From: Thecamonas trahens ATCC 50062
Lineage: Eukaryota; Protista; Apusomonadida
Direction: 5' to 3'
Assembly: GCF_000142905.1 (NCBI RefSeq)
Contig: NW_013657655.1
Location: forward strand, 310,001 to 374,000
Length of the DNA: 64,000 bases
The translations under genes were made by a program, and so were the position numbers. How positions within the stretch are numbered: position 1 is the stretch's first letter; each line of letters starts with the position of its first letter. The notes below the pieces were generated by a model. It worked only from the letters and a program-made list of their open reading frames with translations. It had not been told where the DNA came from and did no database searches. Positions 43,247 through 54,348 of this stretch are shown here, piece by piece.

Positions 43247-44875
43247 ATGGACTTTCACTCGTCGGACGATGAGTTTGCGGCGGTGCCTGCCGGTGCCTAC
43301 GGTGGAGGGTGGGACACGGCTGGCGCCAATGCCACTGCCACAGTGGTGAAGGACGGCTCGCTGGGCATTCTGTACGACGACACAAACACATGCACACACA
43401 TGCACACACATGCATATGTATGGATATAACCCCATACGCACACTCACCCCCCCCCCCCCCTCCTCCTCCCTCCCTTCTCTGCCCACAGCACGCCCGTGAC
43501 TCAGTCGCGGCAGGCCCGGCTGGAACTGCTGCGGCAGCGCGAAGCGACGCGGCGGGCGCAGATGACTGGCGCTGGCGTTGCGCTTGTTAATCCCTCATCA
43601 TCGGTGGCGGCGACCATGCTGTCGGGCCCGGCTGGGCCAGAAAACGCCGTCGACAAGTCGCGATGGGCGTCGGGCCTCTCTATGTCCACGCCCAAAGCAT
43701 CGTTTGGCGGCAAATCGGCTCGCGCCTCGAACTTTTTCACCGCTGGCGGCAGTCAGGGCTACTCGGGCGGCGCCGGTGGAGGCGGTGCAGGCGGCGACGA
43801 GTACGGCGGCGATGCCGGCGGCCGCGGGAGATCGGCGCAGCAGACCTCGATCTTCCAGACCGGGTTCGACGAGGCTGGCGCGTCGGCCGGGGGCGGATAC
43901 GGCGGCGGCAGTGGTAGCTCGCAGGTGCCTGTGGCGCACACTGGAGTCCACGCCCTCGCTTCGGCCGGCCAGCACGGCTACAGCCAGCGCGGCCAGCACA
44001 GCGACGCAGAGTACGATGGAGACGGGCGGCCGCTGACGTCAACCGAGCAGATGATGATGAACGCCGGGCTCGACGACACGTACGAGCCTGACGAGGTCGA
44101 CGAGCATTCGGGCCTGGATCTCTCGGACACACGGGCGTTTGTCCACCGGCCTGCGCCCAAGCACCAGGTGGTGCAGTGCTACATCCAGCGGAACAAGAGC
44201 GGGAAGAAGCGCATGTTTCCGACGTACGTACTGTACGAGCAGAGCACCGACACGTTCCTGCTTGCGGCGCGCAAGCGCAAAAAGTCGCGCTCCTCCAACT
44301 ACCTCGTCTCGCTCGACCCAGAAGACCTCTCGCGCGACTCGGTCAACTACGTCGCCAAGCTCCGCTCCAACTTTATCGGCACCGCGTTCACCTTTTACGA
44401 CCACGGCGAGGCGCCCGACAAGGCCTCGGCCGGCGAAGACATCCGCTGCGAACTCGCCGCCGTCCTCTACGAGTCCAACATTCTTGGCTTCAAGGGCCCG
44501 CGCAAGATGACTGTCCTCATTCCAGCCATGCGCATGGATGGCAAGGCGCACGTCTGGCGCCCCGACTCACAGGGCCTCGGCCTCATCTCCAAGCACAAGG
44601 CCAACGAGCGCGACGAGATGCTCTGTCTCACCAACAAGTCCCCGGTGTGGAACGAAGAATCGCAGTCATACGTCCTCAACTTTAACCGCCGTGTCTCGCA
44701 CGCTTCCGTCAAGAACTTCCAGATTGTCCACCCGGAGGATCCGTCGTACATCATCATGCAGTTTGGCCGCATCGGCGACCACGAGTTCACCATGGACTAT
44801 CGCTATCCGATGACTGCGCTGCAGGCCTTTGGTATCGCTCTCTCCTCGTTCGACAACAAGCTGGCATGTGAGTAA
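43247..44875 (+). CDS. TUB: Tubby-family protein; exons 43247-43371 and 43489-44875
   Basis: FLLAARKRKKSRSSNYLVS...KLRSNFIGT...GFKGPRKM...LNFNRRVSHASVKNFQ...QAFGIALSSFDNKLACE; in-phase GTACGA...CACAG intron. Confidence 0.95.
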
Positions 44876-44986
44876 ACGCCCACTGTAGACTGCACTGTGC
44901 TAGAGGTTGGTCATTTATCGTGTGGCGGCGCGAGCCCCTCTGGAAGAAGAGCGGCCGGCGCTCAAGCGCGATCACGATGAACCAGC

Positions 44987-46150
44987 TCAGCGACGCGAGC
45001 GCGAGCGGGACGACTTGCCCTTGGCACGGCCCTTGCTGCTGCCCTTGCCACCGCGGCCCTTGCCGCCGCGGCCCTTGCCCTTGCGCGACGAGGAGCGGGT
45101 CTTCGGCCGCGGGACGTCACCGCGCGACTGGATCTCACGCGCCTGCTGGATGGCAGCGCAGCAGGTGCAGAAGACAGTGGCGAGGCAGTCGCAGCAGTCA
45201 AACGTGCCCGAGCCGATGCCGTACTTCTCCTTGATCGTGTTCCGGTCGAAACCGACGCAGCACATGGTGGCGAGCTGGCCGACGTACGGAAGCAGGCACA
45301 TGAGCGTACCCACCGACCACTCCGGGCAGCACTCGGGGTGGCGGTTCTCGAGCCAAGCATGCGTCTGCTGCTGCTGGCACGGAAGGCACCACAGAGCAAA
45401 GCAGCCTAATCACATCCAAACACCAAACATCAATATATCGTGAGAAACCGCCGTGGAGGGGAGACATGCTTGTCCTGGCATCTTTCTCTCTCCGCTGACC
45501 GACGCAAAAAAAATGATGCCATTGTTGAAAACGAGACCGAAAACGGAACGGAAGAAAAAACCCACGCCGATCAAACTGCGGGAAGGGGGGAGGGGGCAGG
45601 GTGAAGGGGGTAACGGGTGCGGAGAATACGGAGGGGGGGGGGGGGGGGGTAGTAGTAGTGGGGAGGTGAAGGGGCNNNNNNNNNNNNNNNNNNNNNNNNN
45701 NNNNNNNNNNNNNNNNNNNNNNNNNNNNNNNNNNNNNNNNNNNNNNNNNNNNNNNNNNNNNNNNNNNNNNNNNNNGGGGGGGGGGGGCTGGCTGGTGGCA
45801 GGGGGACGAGAGGGGGGTGGTTCGTGGTGCCTTCCAACTCCCGCAGTGGAAGGGGTATGGGTGGATGCGGGAGGATGGGGGTAGAGGAGAGGGGGGAGAT
45901 GGGGGTAGAGATGGGGTAGAGGGAGGGGAGGGGGTGTAGAGCAGGCGTATCCGGCAAAGTGGGCGTAGTACGTACAAGTGCTCCAGTCGTCGCAGCAGTC
46001 GCAGAGGCCAAAGGCAAAGTCGCCGGCGGCGTAGGACGACTCGTAAGAGGCGTCGTACGAGGCATCGTACGAGTCGTACGACGAGCCCTTGATCTTGTCG
46101 GCAAGCTTGCCACGCATGCCCTTCTTGCTGCCCTTCTTAGACTTGGCCAT
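44987..46150 (-). CDS. PLAC8-family Cys-rich protein; exons 45976-46150 and 44987-45405
   Basis: FAFGLCDCCDDWSTC|CFALWCLPC...RNTIKEKYGIG...DCLATVFCTCCAAIQQAREI; in-phase splice, intron spans a gap. Confidence 0.88.
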
Positions 46151-46586
46151 TGTGAATTGGTAGTGAAGTGTGCCTAGTGTCGTCAGAGCCCACGCGTTGC
46201 TGCTGCTGGCTGCTGGCTGGTTAGCGGCCGCTGACCCGCAACGGTCTCACGGTTGGTGGGTCGGGCGGGTGGTGGTCGGTCTGCTTCGGCTTGCGAGCAC
46301 AGGCCAACGTGCAGGCCTACCTCCGCAGCGCCACCCTCGCCCCTCCAGCCAGCGCTATCCAGCGCTTTCCTTCGCATCCTTCTTCCCGTCCCAAACCCAT
46401 CGCAATCGGCCATGCATGCTGCGGGCGATGTGAGGTGAGAAGCGGACGACAGGCGCCAGGTCGGCAAAGGCGCTGCATTCGGCGCGCGGCTCGAGTGCGA
46501 GGCGGGACGCGGGGCGCGGGGTTGCGGGCGAAAGGCACAACTCGACGCAGAACGTCGCCGAGATTGTGACCGGCACAGGACGGGAG

Positions 46587-49500
46587 ATGCGAAGACGGTG
46601 GAAGGTCGGCGAGGTGGTAATGGCTGCTGCTGTGGCCTTACTCGTCGTTGCTCCTGTTCTGCTCTCGCTCGTGCCCGGTGCGGAAGGCTGTCCGTCGTCG
46701 GTCGACTTTGTCCCGGCAACGGCGGTCTCTATCACAGAGGGCGGATCGAGCAGTCTGGTGGTTACCGTCTCGGCGCCAGGCGCTGGCTGCTCGCCAGCAA
46801 CGCCTTGCACCTTCAGCCTCTACTTTGCCAACGCTTCTCATCCATCGGGTGCCTCGCAGGTGGCCTCGGTCGTCGAGACGGCGGCCGACAACGCCGACAT
46901 GGCCATCACCTTCCCGCTCGGAACAAATGGGACGTACAATGCAACCGCTACGGTAGTTGTCGCACCATCGCTCGTTGTGTGCGGGCCATCACCGCCGCGT
47001 GATATCGTGGTCCTTCCCCGGCCACTGCCGTCGCTGGTCTTGGCGCGAAATGCAACCATCGCCGGCGACGCCGTCGACGCCACCGCGACCTTTGCTGGCC
47101 GCGGCTCGCTCCCAGCGCAGTTCATCTGGTTTGTTCGCCGCGCAGCAACGCCTGGTCCGCTCACAATCGTCGGATCGCGCGCGCTCTGGCCGGCCGCCAC
47201 CGCCACCGCAGCGGTCGTCGTCGGCGAGTCGCTGCTCGATGCCCCTGGCGGCGTCCCGCAGGCCACTCCGTTTGACGTCTATGTCCTCGTCCGCAACGCC
47301 GAGGGCGGCGAGTCTCACCTGGTTCAAGCCCCCGGTACTCTCACGGTTGTTCCCCAGCCATCCGGCTCGCCTGTCTGGGCCGCCTGTCTCGCCTCGGTCG
47401 ATTCGTCGGTCGGCGTCGCCGCCGTCGGCCTGGGCGCCACGCCCCCGTTCCGCATCCGGTACAGTGTCGTGCGGCTCGCTGACTCGGCCTTGCTGGCAGC
47501 GGTTGACGTCGTCGGCGTTGCCAACGACACTGTCTCCAATGCCTCGATTGCGTTGACGTCGGCCATGCTCCTCGACCCCACGGCGCCGATCACGGTCCGG
47601 CTCTTTCTCGACGTCATCGATAGCTCCGGCTTGGGAGCGCCCACCGCCACCATCGCGCCGTGCGACCTGGTCGTCAATCCAGCGCCGAGCTTTGTGTGGA
47701 CATCGGACGGTGGCAACGGCCTCGTCTCGACCGCCGCCGCCGACGCCTCGCCTCTCGTCGCCCGACTCGCCACTGCTACATCTGCTGCGTCGTGGCCGGT
47801 CAGCTATGCATGGACGCTCAATGCAACCGTAATCGGCGCGGCAGGAGTGGTCAAAGCCGGATGGGGTACGCTGAGTGCTGGCTCTGGCTCATTTGACTCG
47901 GCATCTGCTTCCGTCGGCATCACAGTCGGCATCTCGGCCGCCGCCTTTGCAGACGCTGCCGCTATGGCAATGCTCGGTGGCACGTCGTGCGCGCTCGCGA
48001 TTGAGCCCATCGCTGCTTTTTCCGACTCTGCTGGTGTGGGCGGCTCCGCCCGGGGCCCCACCTTTGTCCTCCATGCTCCGCTGACGGTTGTTGGCGCTCT
48101 CGCACCACTCATCCTCGCTCCAGGCAGCGTCGTCTCGCGCGGCGTAGTTGCGTCGGCGGTTTGGAACGTGTCAGCGTCGATTGCTGGCGGCACGCTGCCG
48201 CTGACAGCCGGGCGGCGGCTGGTCCAGGCGCTTCCTGCGCCATCAGCGCCCTTGACTGGGTTTTCCAGCGTGCTGCTCGGCAGCAATGCTACGCGCAGTC
48301 TGCCAGTGTCTCTGCTCGACTCGGGGAGCGTTAGCAGCAGTGTGGAATCGTTTTTCGTCGAGTGGCAGGTCTGCGACGCGGCAACTGCATGCATCAGCTT
48401 ATCGTCGCCGGCGGTGATGGTGGTGCCTGTGCCTGTCGCCACCGTCGCTACGGCGGTAGCTTCAGCTGGTCCCGGTGCGTCCGGGGAGTTTCGATCGCCG
48501 ATGGCTGTTAGCGTGCAGGTCGACGTTGCCCCTGTCAACGGCGGCGTCCTCCCGTTCAACATCAGTATCTCGCTTTTGCCAACAAGCGCGAGCGTGCCCT
48601 CTGGTTGCGTGTTCACGCACCTTGCCCCAAGCGTAGCCAGCCGCTCGCTCGTCCTCGTCAACGTGACCGGTGCCCTCGAGCAGCTCGATTGTCCCATCGG
48701 GACCGAGTGGGCCACGGTGGTGCAGGTAACCGATGCATCTGGTGCAAGCGCGAGTGCCACCGCAGCGCTTGCACTTGTACTGGGCGGGCCGCCAGTAGTG
48801 GTCAACGCCACGCTGTCTCCGAACGAGCTTGTCTCTGTCGGTGCGATCCTCGGTGCCGAAGCTGCGGTTTGGGGTGGGGTCGGCACGGTGTGTGTCACGT
48901 ACGTTCTCGTGAGCGGAGCGGATGTGGGCGTTGTGGTCGACGGTCCATGGCAGGCGTGTGGGCCGAGTCCGTCGAGTCTTGCGCTACCGCTCTCGCCACT
49001 CTCAACGGCAACTTTGGAGGCCGCGTTTGGGAGTGGCAGCACCGCACCGGGTGCTGCCAACATGAGCCTTGCGGTTGCGGTCACTCGCGTGGGTGATGCA
49101 GCATCAACAGTGGCTACAACTCTTGTGACATCAGCGGTGGTGGTGGTTCATCCGCCGAGCGGCGTGATCGTTCCGTCCGCCGGGCTGGCCACCGTCACCG
49201 ACGTGCTCGAGCAGGTGTGCGTCACAAGCGTCACCGGTGGCGTTCCTCCATATAGCAGCACGGAATGGCAGGTCAACGGGCAAGCAGTGGGGAGCTTTGT
49301 GCACAGCAGTAGCGAGCTCTGCGCCCGCAACCTGAGTTTGATCTGGCCTGGCGCTGAGACTGGAAGCCTTGCGCCTGGTGGGGCGAGCAGTGTCGCTCTC
49401 CCGCTTAGTGTGACAGTGACCGACGTGCACGGGCGCGCGTCAGCCGTTTCGACCCTGATCCAGGTTGCGCCGCGGCCGCTCCCGGGCACGGTACGCATCC

Positions 49501-51932
49501 GGGACCGAGCCTCAGTTCGCGACGCAAACCTTACTGTCGAGGTGCTTGGAGTGCGCGGCGGCGTGGGGCCGAACGTCACGATGATGACATCGCTGGAGGC
49601 GCTTGCCACTGATGGTGCCTGGGCGCCGCTCGCGGTTCCAGACATTGCGTGGCAGCCTCGAGGCGGTGCAGGCCTCTTGCTCGCTGTATCAGCTGGCGTG
49701 GTGGTTGATGCTGGGGCTGCGATTGCGCAGCAGGTTGACCTCTCAAGCATCAAGGTGGCCGGCCTTGTGGCCCCGCACCTCAGTGGGCCTACGAACGCAA
49801 CGCGTATCCGGGCGGTCGTCTGGCTGGTGGACGCGAGCGGAGTAGCCGGTCCGAGTTTGACGACCGAGGCAGCTGATTATGCAACAGCAACGCTCCCGTT
49901 CCCGCCGCCACCGTTCTTTCCGCCACCATCGCCGCCGCCGCCTGTCCTTCAACCGCCACCGCCGCTGCCGCCGCCGCCGCCCAACTCGACTGCGACTGGA
50001 GCTGCGGGCTTGGTGCCAGCGAGTGCGAACAACAGCGACGGGTGGCCGCTGTGGCTCATCCTTGTTGTCTGCGGCAGCATCCTGCTCTGCTGCTGTCTCA
50101 TCCTACTTTGCGCTTTCTTGGTGTTGCGGCGTGCGCGTTCGCAGCGCGACGAAGCCACGGCCGAGTTCTCTGGCGACGTCGAGCGCGATCAGATCATTCG
50201 GGACGAAGGTGGCGTGGGCAAAGACGACGCGATTCCCCACATCTTTGCCTTTGAGCGCGAGGTCAGCTGCACTGCGCTCGGTGCTGAAATTGAGCACGAC
50301 TTTGATTGCAGGCCACGGTCGACAGGAATGGAGAGCGACAATGCGGTCATCGACTTTGCCACGCCCGGCCAGCTCCCGCCGGATGAGGTCTCTGACGCTG
50401 AACTCTCGCTCTCGACGTCCGAGCTTGGGCTGGAAACGGGATTGGATGCGGGGCCCAGCCTGTTCCTGGGCGACGCGACTGTGCTGGAGGCGCAGAGTCT
50501 AGATGGGAGGGGAGCCCCTCTGATGCAGCGCAAGAACGATGATGGGCTTTCTGGAGACGAGGCGGCTGGGCGTCAGGGCACGAGTCGCGATTGTGGCCGC
50601 CGGCGTCGTGTGCGGCTAATGGGTAGCACCAGTAGCAGTGATGCTGAAGACGGTGGTAATGCAAGTAGTACGTGCCATGGCAGGGATGGACCCGGGGCTA
50701 AGCAAGCTGCTCTCGCCACAGGCGGTGGCCGTGCGGGGACCCGCCGCCGGCGCAAGGCCGAAGGCCGTGTCTCGGGTCATGGGTCGAGTTCCAGTCAGGC
50801 TGATTCTGTCACAGGCGATGACCGCTCACGTGTGCGCCGCCGGCGCAAGGCCAAAGGCCGTGTCTCGGGTCATGGGTCGAGTTCCAGTCAGGCTGATTTT
50901 GTCACAGGCGATGACCGCACACGTGTGCGCCGCCGCCGCAAGGCCAAAGGCCGTGCCTCGGGTCATGGGTCGAGTTCCAGTCAGGCTGATTCTGTCACAG
51001 GCGACGACCGCACACGTGTGCGCCGCCAACGCGGATATGTCCCGTCGTCGCTGGTGGTCGGCGCGGACGAGGTCGACACTATTGTCGGTCCAGCGTTTCA
51101 GAACTCGATCGCTGTTGTTCTCGACCTACCGGCCGATCGTCGCCACCGCTGGCGAACGATGCTCGATGCAGCGGCAGCCGACGTGCTCGACCTTCTGGCG
51201 TTGCGCCCGCAGCTGGCTGAGACTCCGACGGCGCTGCGGTTTGTGGTGCCAGAACAGGTACCGGACTCCATGCTGTTGTCATCGCGGCTGGCCACAGTCG
51301 CTGGCGAGCTCGCTAAAGCCGGCGGCCCGCAGATCAAGCTCGTCAAGGCCGCTGACGGCGCCGGACTCGACGCATGCGCCGCGCGCACGCTGGCAATCTC
51401 AGGCAGAGCCAGGCAAGGTGGCATGGCTCGCGCTGCTGCGCGGTCGGCCCGTAGCGATGCGGCGGCGCGAGTTGCTGGCACACATATGGTCCGTGTCGCG
51501 ACTGGCGGGAGCTCGGTCGAGTTTGTTCTCAACCTGCCGGTCGACGCGTCGGCCTCTGTCCTGCTGGCGTGGGCGGACGAGCTGGCCGTGGCAGACGCAG
51601 AGCCGGGCGCCGCCGCGTCGGCGTCTCCCCCACCCGCAGCCGCGCCGGCTGCATCGCACACGGCGTCGCACCCGCCGACCGAGGTCTTCTTCCAGATTGT
51701 GACGCCGTCGTCGATCATGCTCCGGTGGGTCCCACCGCGCGCCGGCGGGCCGTACTCGATGTTCCGAGTCTACCGCGGCCTTGCACTCGCGCACGAGTCG
51801 CCAGGCACGTTCCTCTTTGACGATGACCTCGCGCCAAACACGCTGTACGAGTACCGGGTGTGCGGCCGCGGACGTGACGGGCTGTGGTCGGCAGCATCGC
51901 CTCCGTTCCGGGAGCGGACGCGGGCCGAATGA
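46587..51932 (+). CDS. Large type I membrane protein: signal peptide, beta-rich (Ig/SprB-like) ectodomain, Pro stalk, Cys-rich TM, cytosolic repeats and C-terminal FN3 domain
   Basis: Signal AAAVALLVVAPVLLSLV; repeated GGxxPy motifs; many NxT/S sequons; TM WLILVVCGSILLCCCLILLCAFLVL; FN3 VTPSSIMLRWVPP...LAPNTLYEYRVCG. Confidence 0.8.
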   Translation: MRRRWKVGEVVMAAAVALLVVAPVLLSLVPGAEGCPSSVDFVPATAVSITEGGSSSLVVTVSAPGAGCSPATPCTFSLYFANASHPSGASQVASVVETAADNADMAITFPLGTNGTYNATATVVVAPSLVVCGPSPPRDIVVLPRPLPSLVLARNATIAGDAVDATATFAGRGSLPAQFIWFVRRAATPGPLTIVGSRALWPAATATAAVVVGESLLDAPGGVPQATPFDVYVLVRNAEGGESHLVQAPGTLTVVPQPSGSPVWAACLASVDSSVGVAAVGLGATPPFRIRYSVVRLADSALLAAVDVVGVANDTVSNASIALTSAMLLDPTAPITVRLFLDVIDSSGLGAPTATIAPCDLVVNPAPSFVWTSDGGNGLVSTAAADASPLVARLATATSAASWPVSYAWTLNATVIGAAGVVKAGWGTLSAGSGSFDSASASVGITVGISAAAFADAAAMAMLGGTSCALAIEPIAAFSDSAGVGGSARGPTFVLHAPLTVVGALAPLILAPGSVVSRGVVASAVWNVSASIAGGTLPLTAGRRLVQALPAPSAPLTGFSSVLLGSNATRSLPVSLLDSGSVSSSVESFFVEWQVCDAATACISLSSPAVMVVPVPVATVATAVASAGPGASGEFRSPMAVSVQVDVAPVNGGVLPFNISISLLPTSASVPSGCVFTHLAPSVASRSLVLVNVTGALEQLDCPIGTEWATVVQVTDASGASASATAALALVLGGPPVVVNATLSPNELVSVGAILGAEAAVWGGVGTVCVTYVLVSGADVGVVVDGPWQACGPSPSSLALPLSPLSTATLEAAFGSGSTAPGAANMSLAVAVTRVGDAASTVATTLVTSAVVVVHPPSGVIVPSAGLATVTDVLEQVCVTSVTGGVPPYSSTEWQVNGQAVGSFVHSSSELCARNLSLIWPGAETGSLAPGGASSVALPLSVTVTDVHGRASAVSTLIQVAPRPLPGTVRIRDRASVRDANLTVEVLGVRGGVGPNVTMMTSLEALATDGAWAPLAVPDIAWQPRGGAGLLLAVSAGVVVDAGAAIAQQVDLSSIKVAGLVAPHLSGPTNATRIRAVVWLVDASGVAGPSLTTEAADYATATLPFPPPPFFPPPSPPPPVLQPPPPLPPPPPNSTATGAAGLVPASANNSDGWPLWLILVVCGSILLCCCLILLCAFLVLRRARSQRDEATAEFSGDVERDQIIRDEGGVGKDDAIPHIFAFEREVSCTALGAEIEHDFDCRPRSTGMESDNAVIDFATPGQLPPDEVSDAELSLSTSELGLETGLDAGPSLFLGDATVLEAQSLDGRGAPLMQRKNDDGLSGDEAAGRQGTSRDCGRRRRVRLMGSTSSSDAEDGGNASSTCHGRDGPGAKQAALATGGGRAGTRRRRKAEGRVSGHGSSSSQADSVTGDDRSRVRRRRKAKGRVSGHGSSSSQADFVTGDDRTRVRRRRKAKGRASGHGSSSSQADSVTGDDRTRVRRQRGYVPSSLVVGADEVDTIVGPAFQNSIAVVLDLPADRRHRWRTMLDAAAADVLDLLALRPQLAETPTALRFVVPEQVPDSMLLSSRLATVAGELAKAGGPQIKLVKAADGAGLDACAARTLAISGRARQGGMARAAARSARSDAAARVAGTHMVRVATGGSSVEFVLNLPVDASASVLLAWADELAVADAEPGAAASASPPPAAAPAASHTASHPPTEVFFQIVTPSSIMLRWVPPRAGGPYSMFRVYRGLALAHESPGTFLFDDDLAPNTLYEYRVCGRGRDGLWSAASPPFRERTRAE
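50742..51026 (+). repeat. 93-bp coding tandem repeat, three copies (RRRRKAKGRVSGHGSSSSQADSVTGDDRxRV)
   Basis: Copies start at about 50742, 50835 and 50928 and are near-identical. Confidence 0.9.
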
Positions 51933-52064
51933 AGAGACATACCACACCACACCACACCGTATGTGCGTGTGTGTGTGGGGGGGGGGGAGCTCTAAAGTTT
52001 TTTTTTGGGGGGGGGGGGGGGGGGGTGAGGGGGTGTGGGGGAGTGTCAAGAACTGGAGATTAGT

Positions 52065-54139
52065 TTAGTCATCAAAGGTGATCTTGTTGCTGTTGCCCGA
52101 GTCGAAGCCGATGCGGCCGGCCGAGGGGCGCGAGTTGAAGCCGCCACGGCCACCGCCACGGCCACCGCCACGGCCACCGAAGCCGCCACGGCCACCGCCA
52201 CGGCCACCGCCACGGCCGCCGAAGCCGCCACGGCCACCGCCGCCGCCGGACTGACGCTTCTGTGCAAAGTCAACACGGAGGTCGCGGCCCATGCAGTCGG
52301 CACCGGCGAGCTGCTCCACAGCCTGCTGCGCGGCAGACTCCTCCGAGAACTGGACGTAGCCGTAGCCCTTGAAGTAGCCAGTCTCGCGGTCAGTGATGAG
52401 ACGGACGTCACGGACGTCACCGACAGCACCGAACATCTCGCGGATGGCACCCTCGTCGGCGTCGAACGAGATGTTGCCGACAAAGACGGTGTCGGTCTCG
52501 ACCGGGCCCGACGGGCGCGACGAGCGGTCGTTGTTGTAGGCGTTGGTCTTCGGGCCGCCGGTGAACTTCTTCGAGTTCGAGTTGGCAAAGTCGATGCGGA
52601 TGTTGCGGCCGTCAACCTCGGCGCCGGTCATCTCGTCGATGGCCTTCTGCACAGACGCGACGTTGGCAAACTCGACGTAGCCAATGCCGCGGTGCTTGCC
52701 GGTGTCACGGTCGTACACAATGCGGACGTCGGTGATCTCACCGATGTCCTTCATCGTCTCGTACAGCATGTCCTCGTCGCAGTTCCACGAGAGGTTGCCG
52801 CAGAAGATGGTGCGGTCGTCACGCGAGGCCGGCTCGCCGGACGGCTGAGCAGACTCGTCGTTGAGCTTGCGCTTCTTCGTGGCCGGCGCGTCAGAGTCCG
52901 ACGACGACGAAGAGTCCGAGCCGGAGCCCGAGCCGGAGCCCGAGCCCGAGCCGGAGCCCGAGCCGGACGACGACGACGACGACGAGCCCGACGAGGAGGC
53001 CTTCTTGGCAGCGGGCGAGGCCGAGCGCTTGCGCTTGAGGGCAGCAGCGGGCTTCTCCGACGACGACGACGACGACGACGACGAGCCAGACGAGTCAGCG
53101 TCCGACGTGGCCTTGGCCACGGTCTCGGCGACAGCCGGGGCGGCAGCAGCCGACGACGACGACGACGAATCCGAGTCCGAGGACGACTTCTTGGCGGCAA
53201 CCGGGGCGGGCTTGGCCGACGACGACGAAGACGACGAAGACGACGACGAAGACGACGACGACGACGGCGGCGGCGGCGGGGTCGGCGACTTGGCCTTGGA
53301 CTTGGACTTGGACTTGGACTTGGACTTCTTGGACTTGGACTTGGACTGAGCACGAGCCATCGAAGAGGACGACGAGGAGGAAGAGGAAGAGGCCGATGCC
53401 GAGGAAGAGGAGGAAGAGGAGGACGTTGATGAGGACTGGTGCCAGGAAGGAGGAGGAGGAGGAGGAAGAGGAGGAGGAGAGGGAGTTGCATGGAGGGGGG
53501 AGGTATGGGTGAGCCAACGAGATAATAATAATCAAGAGGGCGGAGCCAGGGAGACCAATACAGGGGGATAGGGAGAGGGGAAAGGGAGAGTGTGTAGACG
53601 CAACCCCCTGCCTACCACATACATGCATACATAGGGTATGCAGTAGTGGCATGACTTCCCCCCCCCTGCCCGCACCCTGTCGCCATTGCAGGCAGTGACA
53701 GTGTGTGCGGAACAGGGTAAAGGGCCCAGAAAATGGATGGGGAAATGGATGGGGAAATGGATGGGCCATCCGTTTCTGGATGGGGAGACCAGCAGCTCCT
53801 GCACTGCGCCACCGCCATCATCCCTCCAACCCTGCCACTAGCAGAACCCGAGACGAGTCTGGTGGATGGGTGGAGAGGGTGGGGAGGAGGAGGGAGGAGG
53901 CCAGGAGGCGGGGGTAGGGGGTAGGGGGGAGGGGGGACATGACCATAGTGGCCAATGTTCCTGTTGTGGGCCATCCCATGTGAGATGGTCCAACAACACC
54001 CGCTGGGGGCCCCTTGCCCGCACCCTCCCCCGCCCTCCCCGCCCTGCCGCGCACTGTCAAGGGAGCAGTGGGTGGAGAGGGGGGAGGGGGGAGAGGGGGG
54101 AGGAAGGGAAGGGTGGGAGGGGAAGTTACTTACACCCAT
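52065..54139 (-). CDS. NSR1: Nucleolin/Nsr1/Gar2-like protein (Ser-rich N-terminus, 2 RRMs, RGG tail); exons 54134-54139 and 52065-53435
   Basis: IFCGNLSW...RGIGYVEF; VFVGNISF...KGYGYVQF; RGGFGGRGGG repeats; ends KITFDD; micro-exon ATG GGT|GTAAGT. Confidence 0.88.
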
Positions 54140-54348
54140 GATGACTGTTGGAGTTCTCGAGTGGAGTGGTGGCAGAGGATGGTCCAGGATGGCTCAGGCG
54201 GTGTGGTTGGGCCTCCTCGACTCGTTCGCTCGCACTCGCCTGGCGAAACGAGCGAACGAACGGATTGGCCGATCGAGTCAAGGTGAGACGTGGTTTGATG
54301 ACATGCTACTACTACCAACCAAGCGAGACACAGTTGGAAGTTGGCCTC

